Assembly: GCA_047495785.1 (NCBI GenBank)
Contig: JBLDXI010000029.1
Location: 558,001-622,000 of the forward strand
Length of the DNA stretch: 64,000 nucleotides
DNA from: Lepidodermella squamata
Lineage: Eukaryota > Animalia > Gastrotricha
Direction of reading: 5' to 3'
Shown here: one piece after another, positions 51,364-61,445 of the stretch
Layout: each line of letters begins with the position of its first letter
Numbering within the stretch: position 1 is the first letter of the stretch
Made by a program: the position numbers and the translations under genes
Notes under the pieces: model-generated
What the model saw: only the letters and a program-made list of their open reading frames with translations
Database searches by the model: none
Told to the model about the DNA's origin: nothing

Positions 51364-51936
51364 CTTAATAAAGTCCGCTATGAATAATATATGTCGCCGT
51401 TATTAAGCCTACCAGCGAATTTTTCTAACGCCAGGACTTTGCTTTGGTTGTTTTCGCGGCAGCAAGTGATGAAGAAAAGCCATTGTTCGGTTGGCCAGCG
51501 GAATTAAACTTTGATCGAGTTGCACGATGGGGTGTTGTCGGCTCAAATTTTTTCCCTCAGCTGGATCAGCTTATTAATATCGTATGCGATACACATGCAC
51601 AGTTTGTTGCACGCAGTGACTGCTGACTGAAAGAGACCACTACTACTACAACGTGTTTTGTCGCGCGCTGCCATCACCAGGGCGATGTTTACAAATGACA
51701 GGCACTTCACGTGTTAAATATGCACGGGTAAACAACTTACGAGCGCTCAATTATGCCGCTGAATGATGATAATGATTCGAGCGCGCGGCTCGCCGAAAAA
51801 TATTGCCTTGCAAAAGTTACAGAATAAAAACTGGCAATTCGGCCACACGCTTGATGAAATATTGATGACGCCTAAACTTGGCCAGGTGCGATAAGCCGCG
51901 CATTTTCCTACTAACACCATACTATACACCGGAAAA

Positions 51937-53834
51937 ATGTGGCTCTACATACCTTTAGCGCTGTTTTGTATCACTTTAAGACAGGCGCGATGTGCCATTT
52001 CGATGCGTGGCTCCTGCTTCGACGCCCCGCCGCGGTTCCTCGGATGTCCATATCGAGCAACTACGTCGAAAACGACTTACGACATCAGATATTTCTACAA
52101 TTCCACAGTTTACGCGTGTCAGATATTTTTCGACATAAGAATAGTCTCGACTTCAGAGAGCTGCATGTCTAGCTCACAGAATAAATTCGACACAGAGCTG
52201 TTATGTCAAAATTCTTGCCCTGCCTTGTTGCTTTCCCAGCTGCCTCCTCTTCCGTTTGTTGAAAGGATGAGGGCAGCGACTACCACTTTCAATCCTTACC
52301 TTCGTCAAATGCCGATTTATGTCGCCCAGAATAATAACGATTGGGCATATGATGGCTACCGAGACCCTCGCTGCTCAAGGTCAGTATCATCCAGCGCAGA
52401 TTTTGCAGGATGTCGATCTTACTTCCCAGTCTACGCCTTTGACGCCGAATTAGAAAAATGCGTCGTTCTTATATACGGTGGTTGTTCTGGGAGCTTACAG
52501 TTTAACGATGGCAGTAACAGATTTGCTAGTTTAGCGGATTGTCAGAAAGCCTGCCAGCGGAAGAAAGATCAGACAATTCCGCCTATTGGGAGCGTGATCA
52601 TTCCCGATCGATTCTCGAATCGAATCGATCAAGCATATGATGCAAGTGAGAGGCCGGTTAGGGCTATGGATCCGCCTCAGCTTAATATTCCATATGCACC
52701 AGCGAAGCCAATAAGGATCGTGCAGCCTCAAAGGCCAAGGCCGCCCCCTGCCGTTACAGTCCCGAAAACAACAACAACGACTACAACAACGACAACAACT
52801 CGCAGACCTGTGGTGATTACGACGAGGAGAGCATTGAGCAACCCCACCACAAGACGCGAGGCACCAAAACAACTAATTTACTCCGCAAATCCCAGTAAGC
52901 AGTATTAGCAAACCGCAAATGTTGAGTTAACCTAAATTTTAGGATGTAATTCGGCGACTTATGCGGAAGTCTACGGTTCTGCGACTTGTAACGATCATCC
53001 CAAAGGCGTCAAATACCAGTACAGTATTATCAAAGGACAGTGTGAGACAATTTACTATACAGGATGCAAGTAAGTCTTGAGACCTTCACTCCCGGTGTAA
53101 TTCAAGGCTTCTGATAGGCAAGTCATTGTCAACTTCTTCCATTCGGACTGGCAATGTCAGAAAAGCTGCGAGGAAGCACAGGCCCTGCCGCCAGGTATAA
53201 GGACAAGGTTGAACATTTCCGTTTTGCTGACCTCGATTTTTCAGTTGACTCAACCTGTCCACCAAATTCTTTTATCGCAAACTGCCCTGGAAATCCTTGT
53301 GATATGACCGGGTAAGAGTCTTTAATCAGGAAAATAATTGATAAATGTCGATGATCGATAGATGCCCCGGATTCCCGACCGCTGTCTGTCGACCTAATTA
53401 CTGCGGAGCCTGCAACGCCAAGTTTTTCTTGGATGGTAAAGAAATTGACTGTTACGCAAGGCTCAGCCCACCCGTATTCATTGAAACGACGACCCAAGTA
53501 CCTATACCTGTGAGAGTCATCACAGCCAACACACCTGTTCCTCAGGATTTAGGTGAGCAATTTAGTTTGAATAACGTATAACTGACGTATGACTCATTTA
53601 GATACAATGATAAACATGATTATCGAGACTTTGCCGCCTCCATATCCGCGATACTGGCATTGCTCTTCTGGAAGTAGCTTACAGCTTTGCCCGAGCAATC
53701 CTTGTCAGTCAAATTATTGTACACGATTTCCGCAAGCCGAATGCAGGCCTAACTACTGCGGGAAATGCACGGCAGATTTCTACGTCATCAACGTTCGTGT
53801 CAGCTGTGAGGAGATTACTTTTCGGGGTAGATAA
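51937..53834 (+). CDS. Array gene K3: secreted, 3 Kunitz domains, Thr/Pro mucin-like tract, 2 eight-Cys repeats
   Basis: Signal MWLYIPLALFCITL, Kunitz CVVLIYGGCSG..NRFASLADCQKAC, a poly-Thr run and CRPNYCG repeats. Confidence 0.8.
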
Positions 53835-54155
53835 CGGATGCCTGTAATTATTGTTATACTAAATTTGTAAATCTTTTCTAATTTGTTGTGAGAGACTTTT
53901 TTCGTTGAAGTAAAGAAACCAAAAGGGTTTAAAAGTGTCGCCTTTTGCATGATTATCACTGATGCGCGAATTGTTTACCTAAAGTTATTCGTGCGCATCT
54001 TATGGTAATAGATGAAACCCTTCATCTAACGGAAAATTAGTCCCTAGGTTATCACGATTCTGACAAAAAATGCCGCCCTAAGAGACCAACGGTGCCAAGG
54101 TCGCGTAGAACGTGTAGGATAACATTTTTGAAGCATTCACATAAAAAGTAAAAAG

Positions 54156-55190
54156 ATGCTAACAGAGTTCATTTCCGCCATTTTAGTGCTAGCTGTTTTC
54201 ACTGGAAGCAGTTACCAGCAACCATCGATTTGCTACGACCCAGTGCCAACCTTTCTCGGCTGTTTAGGAGAAACAATACCTGGCCAATCATTCCGGCCGG
54301 AGTTTGAAGTCCGATTTTACTATTCCCGAAATGCAGGATGCATTTCTTTCCTCTTTTGGAATGGGTGCGTACTCCGGACAGGCAATAACTTCATCAACAA
54401 GGCCCAATGTGAGATGAATTGTGGCACAGGGCCTACGAGACCACCGACATCAACCCAGTCTCCTAATTCTCTGTTTGGGGATCCCGCAAGGAATCTTCCT
54501 TGGAGAATGCTTGCGACTGGGGAAATTCCGTCTCCCAATCCTCGTAATTTAATCCAAGTTTGAATTATTTCGATCGACTTAATGATTACTGCTTAGGTTG
54601 CAACATGCCTGCATACGGCCGACAACCTCTAGCGAACGACTGCCTGGAACCTGTAAGCTTTTTAAGCTATGAAATTTGTTAAATAACCTGTATTAAAAGT
54701 TGAGAATAACTCGATATGAATACGACCAAACTTTCGGAGTGTGCCAACCCGTGATTTACGATGGCTGCAGGTAATTTGAAAGCTCATATTAATCGAATCT
54801 TAGATTTTTGCCCAGGCCCCTCTCCCGAAATATGTTCGAATCAATGGCCGAGTGCAAACGAGCTTGTTCTGAAATGCCCCAAACTAAGCGCCAGAGTAAG
54901 AGTCTTGAATTCATTCTCTAATAGTCATGATTATTTTTGTCTAGAAACCACGACTTCAGCTACTACTACCACTACCACCCAATCAACAACAACGATAATG
55001 GCATCTACCATGTGCCCGCCTGATAAGCCACTTCACTACTGTTTTGTGAATCCATGCGAAGTTGAAGAGTTAGTCACTAATCATTCAAATTTTGGCTGTA
55101 AGTATTAGAAAGTGTTTTTCTAGATGCCCCGGTCCGTGTCAACCAGATTATTGCGGAGGCTGTAATGCTGTTTGTTTAGATTGGAGATGA
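54156..55190 (+). CDS. Array gene K4: secreted, 2 divergent Kunitz domains, Thr tract, 1 shortened Cys repeat
   Basis: Signal MLTEFISAILVLAVFTG, FYYSRNAGCISFLFWNGC..NNFINKAQCEMNC and a spliced CNMPAYG domain. TGA at 55188-55190. Confidence 0.78.
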
Positions 55191-55871
55191 GCATTTAACC
55201 AGAACAACATACATGAAAATGGAAACTATACATCCCTTTGATACGTGAATAAACATAATTCAAGCGTGTAACAAAGAGCACTTAATAGCAGGACATTGAT
55301 TTCCTGTTTACACAAGAAAAATCTGTTTATTTGCTACAAGTCAGGTACAACAAACAGATCTTCGTACTAATTTTAGCCCGAGCTCTATTTTCGATGTTGG
55401 TTTTTTTCATAATTTCATTGGTAATTGATGCGCGCACGCAAAATTTATGCTAATTTCTTTGCCAACACTGCCGCCGTCTCAAATGAGTGGGGCCCACGTA
55501 AATATTTAACATTAAAAAAACGGGTAATCTTTTAAAGAGCGTCAATTGTCGTTAAGCCACTTAGCAAGTATGTTTTCTGTGTATGATATATGGCTTTACG
55601 CTTACATTCTTTGTGCCAACAACTCAGAGCTGCGCAGCAAACAAGCCTTTCGCATTCAGCGTTTTCAAACAAAAAAATTAGCGCCTGTGATGCGTTGCGC
55701 GGCTGCCGTCTCACTGTTGCAGATAAACGTAATTATCAGTAATTTTCTAGTGCCGCCATCTGTGTGCGCATTTTTCACTCTTCAAAGCGCTGTACATTAA
55801 TGCAAAAGACGCATCGCAGACTTTTTCAGCCAAACTCAACATAATTATAATATGGCTCTCTCATCTAGAAA

Positions 55872-58800
55872 ATGTTGAAAATTACCGTGGTAATAGCTGT
55901 AATTGCTAATCTATCCTATGGAATGCCATCAGCTTTCGATCAAAATATGCTGGAAACCTTAATCGCGAGTTTTCGGGATCCAACCTTTGCCGATAGCCCG
56001 TCGATGCCTCTCAACGACGCCTTAGACCCGCCGTCGAACATTTGTTACGATCCAATACCGGTTACTCAGACTTGCGCTGATGTTCGCACCGAGAGAAGAT
56101 TTTTCTACAATATGACATCAGAGCGATGCGAATACTTCACATGGAATGGCTGCAATGAGACGCGCAACATGTTTAAAAGCCCAATTGAATGCATTTGGAA
56201 TTGTTTGCAACCACCGTCCGATTCTAGCAGTCAAAGTCTGATTCAAACTCCGAGAGGAAGAGAACGGTCTCAGGGAAAGCTGAAATATAGGACAACAACG
56301 GTGAAACCGAAACAAGCTTACCCATCTAGCTTTTTTAAGCAGGAGTACGACGACACGTTTCCATATAATTCTGACCAAGGAACCTCATCAGGGCAGTCTA
56401 AATGCAACCAGGCCATTGATACAGGACCGTGTAGAGCTTTCATTCCATCATACGGCTACGAGGCATCGAGCGGAAGTTGCAAGCTTTTTATTTATGGAGG
56501 CTGTTTAGGGACGGAGAATAGGTTTCAATCGAATGATGAATGCATGGAGGCTTGTGGATCTACAAGAGCACCTAATGACCGCCGATTGCTGCAAAATGAA
56601 CTACCTGGATCTCAATCGAAAGGCCCTTTGATAGTACCTACAGTTCCGGAGGGACAATCAAGTAAGCAAGTTTGTATCTCAAAGAAGTTATGACTAGATA
56701 ATCTGTTTCAAGTTTGCAATTCACCTACATATCCCGAAACCAGCGGCAAAAATTGCGCAGTCGCTGTAAGTTCTTATTTTCATCTAATCTATGAGATGCT
56801 CACACAATTTTTCTAGTTTGCATCTCCGATGTATCAGTACAACAATATTATTGGCCAATGTGAGCGATTCACCTATACAGGATGCGAGTAAGCTTGAACG
56901 TGCATATAGGTCAATTATTGTAAACTAACTTGGACTTCTGACTTAAAGCCCTGTCGCAAACATGTTCAACACAATGGATGAATGCAAGAGTACTTGTGAC
57001 GGAGCTGGATCACCAGCGATGCGACCTGAGAATGACGACCTGATACAACTACCTCCTGAAAACAAAAGATGCCCTTCCGGCCAGCGCAAGGTGATGTGCC
57101 TGGCCAACCCTTGCGATGTTACGAAGTAAATCTTGCAATTACATGAGTGATTTGATAATATTTCATTTTATTCAGATGCGCGGGTTATCCTAACGCGCAG
57201 TGCAGGTAATATTCCCTTGGTTTTGTTCTTGACAGCTTGTATAATTTAAAAAATTATAGACCTGATTATTGCGGAGGTTTGGCTTTTACAACTGATTCAT
57301 CTGGATGGAAAGAAATCCAAATTTTTAGGCTGCACAACAAGATTTTATGTCAATAGTCGTGAAGTTAACTGCTCAGCTTCATCTCAGTCACAGCAGACCC
57401 GTCAAAGTCTCGTCTTGGTCGGTTCGGGAGGGGGTCAGTACCAACAGCCGTTTGCAACAGGGCAGTATCAGTCGATTCCTATTTCAAGCGGTGGTATCCA
57501 AGCAATTCCAATCAGCTCCGGCAGTCTCCAGCCCATCTCAGTTGGATCAGCGCAACTACAGCCTATTTCAATTGGAACAGGACAGTTGCAACCGATACCA
57601 ATATCCTCGGGTCAATTCCAAGGTTCTTTCCCGATTCCTATTAGTTCTGCGCAAGTGCAGCAACAGATTCCGATTGCAATTTCTTCCGGCCAGCCGCAGA
57701 TTATTCCGATTCAGGGAATTCAACAACAGCAACAGGTTCCGATTTATGTTCAAAATCAACAGCCTACTTATATAGGTGGAACGATTGGTCAACAGGTGCC
57801 GATTTATATTTCGGGCGGAAGCCAAGTTCCTGTCGTAACACAGCCAGTCCAGTCACAACCCATTCAAGCCGGTTCAAGTAAGGAAATATTAGCATTTAAA
57901 TAGATGTTGTGACTTTCATACCCCTTCTAAGACTATCCTATCCCTATTGCCAACGTGTTGTATTACGCAACCACAAAATCGCCAATGGCTGTATCTACTG
58001 CTGACCAGTTAGATAGGCCGAGTAATTTGATTTGGAGATCTCTGGAGGATGCGAGTTCGCAAAAGACAATGACGGAGTCTCTGGATTCCGAGGAGATGCC
58101 AAAGAAATGCGGAAAAGACCTGACGACAATCGAGTGCGGTTTCAATCCTTGCGAAGATAAAGTATGTCCCGGATTCCCGATGGCCACATGCCGGGTTGAT
58201 AACTGCGGTGGTTGTTTCGCAAGATTTTACATCGGAGATCGAGTGATACTTTGTACAAAAGCTGAGCATGAACTACCCATCTTTTCCCACCACGACTTGG
58301 AGGGGCATCCACCAGATAGCGAATTCTTCTTACCGGCGCTCATCCCCATGCCCATGAGGGTTATATATCGGCCATCAAATTCTCGGAAACAGTCAAACGA
58401 AGCGATGGCGAAAGGTTCGAATACTCGTAGTTTCTTCAGGAGTTGCCCACCTGGGCTATACTGGGTGGAATGCGAAAGCAATCCGTGTTTGGATGCAACA
58501 TGTCCAGCTGCTCCCAACGCCTCATGTCGGGTTAACAATTGCGGTCTGTGTTCGGCTGATTTCTACGACGATGATAACAACAAAATGGAATGCTTCATAG
58601 AACTCGCGGATGAATAGTTCTACCTCTTCATGCTTCAATTTTTGCTACCTCAACCGAAAATAAAATAGTTTCTTTTCATACTTTACCCATTGTTGTTTCC
58701 TTCGATTTATTTATGCCGTACTTTGACATTGAAGTTTTATTCCAGTTTCATGCCCTGCTGGAGTCCAGCTGGTGAGCTGTGCATCAGTAAGTCCTCAGCT

Positions 58801-60479
58801 TTTTCATCATCATTTCAGCATGAGTCACATAGGATCCTTGTGGCACGAATCCATGCCCGGCTTTCGCGAATAATTATGCTATTGTTTGGTAAGGTTATTG
58901 AGAGTTCTCCAATGTAGCATTTGAATTTTTCCGTGAAGCCTACCATACTACTGCGGAGCCTGTACTGCAGTATTCTACAATTTCACCAGTGGTCAGCAAG
59001 TATCATGTCCCACGGCAAGTAAGCTATTTCGCAACCAGTTTGACATGACGTATTTGAGTGATTGAAAAGCAAACCCCAATCAATTACCACCTTGGCTGAT
59101 CCCACCCGGAGTTATTTTCACTCCAGCGCCAGTAATTACTGCCCCACCAGTAGCCACCCTACCACCCAATATTCCAGCCGGGATCGATCAGCGATGCTTA
59201 CTGCCTCTTGCGTCTGGCAACTGCAGTGGGTTTCTAATCGCGTATGGCTTCGACATAATTCTGCGGCAGTGCATGCAATTCATCTATGTGAGAGTCCTAG
59301 GATAAAGGATGACCTTTGAAATTCTGTCTCTTATTTCAGGGCGGCTGTAATGGAAATGCCAATAACTTCCCATCGCAACAGGCTTGTCAGATAGCCTGTT
59401 CAGGAACGGGCGGTGTGGTTACTCCTGCGCCCGTAGTTACCCAGCCAACACCTGTAATTCTATCTTATAATCCCAGTAAGTCTAGATTCACCAATTTTCG
59501 AATCTCAATAATTTTTACCTTTCCAGTATGTAATACGCCTACGTATGGCGACTCAACTGGAAGGACTTGCACGTTAACGGTAAAATTGATCCCAAAATAA
59601 AATCGAAAACTGATTTTTGGTGTTCAGCTCTCTTGGCCGATGTTTCAGTACAGTACTGCTGTCGGGAGATGCGTTCCTTTCACCTATACCGGTTGCACGT
59701 AAGTTTCAAATATCACATCGGTTCAGCCATCCTAAATACACCGCAACAGAGCGGTCCAGAACATGTTCAACTACTTGAATGACTGTCAAAGGACTTGCGA
59801 GAGCGCATTTTCTACGGCTGCAACATTTCCACCAGCCACTGTTGCGACAACACCGCCTCCAGGAGGTAAAAAATCGGATTTGAATTAGAAGATAATTAAT
59901 GCAGGTATTAAGGAGTCTCGTGCCCAGTTGGCGTGCCCATCGTCTTTTGTTTGGTCAACCCATGTAACACGGCGACGTAAGATTTATTTGTTTAACGACA
60001 ATGGGGTCGATCTATATTTTTTGCAGTTGCCCAGCCTACCCAACTGCAACTTGTAGATCTGACTACTGCGGAGGTTTAGTTGCTGCCATTAATGTTTCTT
60101 AATTCAATTGGAAATGTTTCAACAGGATGCAATGCGCGATTTTACTGGAATAATCTATTGGTTAACTGCACGCAGACCACCCAAGCTACCGTACCACCTG
60201 GTTGGCCTATTTTGGTCGGAGGGCAGTACTTTCCCAGCTTCCAGGTGTCAATCAATGGAGTAACATGTCCTCAAGGTGTTTCGGTCGTTAACTGCATTTA
60301 TGTGAGAAATTTTACAACTTTTCGTCAATAGTTTTTAATTTTTGTGTAATTAGGATCCATGCTCGTATGCGAAGCCATCAGTCGCTCTAGCACAGGGAAC
60401 TTATACTTGCCGAACAAACTATTGCGGCGGATGCAATGCTGAATTTTACAGCATAACCACCGGCCAAAGATTGGCCTAA
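55872..60479 (+). CDS. Array gene K5: secreted, 3 Kunitz domains, a Cys repeat and a Gln/Ile/Pro/Ser/Gly repeat, then either terminal exon A (57932-58617) or multi-exon end B (58746-60479, 2 more Kunitz and 3 Cys repeats)
   Basis: Canonical Kunitz DTGPCRAFIPSYGY..CKLFIYGGCLGTENRF. The phase-1 donor at 57878 is in frame with both the 57932 and 58746 acceptors. Segment B has no ATG or signal peptide of its own. Confidence 0.72.
57436..57870 (+). repeat. Coding repeat of about 10 aa, consensus GQLQPIPISS
   Basis: GQYQSIPISS GGIQAIPISS GSLQPISVGS AQLQPISIGT GQLQPIPISS GQFQ..PIPISS, decaying into QQVPIY units. Confidence 0.85.
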
Positions 60480-61445
60480 AGCAATTTGTGTTGTGATTAC
60501 TGTTCTAGTCTTGTTTCTATGGGTAGCTGTAAGAGATAAAAATCATTAAAAAATATTTTGGCTGGAGTCACGCGACCGGTGCGAGATTTTCACACCTGAG
60601 AAGAGGCTAAGACGCGGGTTTCAACAAGTGATGACAGCTTGAGAGAAGATGCAAATTGAGCAGCGGGCGTATCCAAAATATCCACCCCCTACTTTCCTTG
60701 TTTTGAACCCTCGGCCGTGATTATTGACGCTTCCGCTGGCGTACACCTACTTGGCCACTAGCTACTAATGACGCAGAGCACAGCACGAGTTACTTGACTT
60801 GCACATAGCATTGATCAATGGGCGGTGTTATCGAGGGTGTTTACACAGCCATGTAACGTATTAAGGACTCACGCGCACACATACTAAGTAATAGCCGCAC
60901 ATTTATTCGGAGACGACACACGCATAAAAGAAACGCCTCTGAGCGGCGAGCAAACAGAGGCGCGGCTGATGATGATACGCCTCATTGTATGTAATGTGTC
61001 ACAGCGTGCAAGTTGCGCGCGTGTTTTTTGCGTGAATAATCGCACCCCGCGCGCTCTACTATCGGTATTTGCTCGAGGTGTGTACGAGACGAGAAAAAAA
61101 CCAGGCTCAAGTGCCCGCCGATATCAACCTGATGCCTTCTGGTCCTGGCGATACTACCACTATTTGTATTTGCTCAGGCTCATGAGTCGATTCGCCAGTT
61201 CCACGGCCCCGTTTTTCCACACTCTTCAACTTTGCGTGCATTTTTTTCTTTATACCATAACTATTGATCGCTGGTCAGACTTTATTCACACCTGACGAAG
61301 TTATTACCCAGAGAATGTTCCTTCGATTAAGTGCAGTCTGTGAGAGTTCGATTTCTGGAAAAAAGTGCGGCTTATTATTAGGAATCTTTAAGCCATTTAA
61401 CAAGTCTCATATGCTTGCAATTGCGTTTTTTAGGTATAGATAGAT

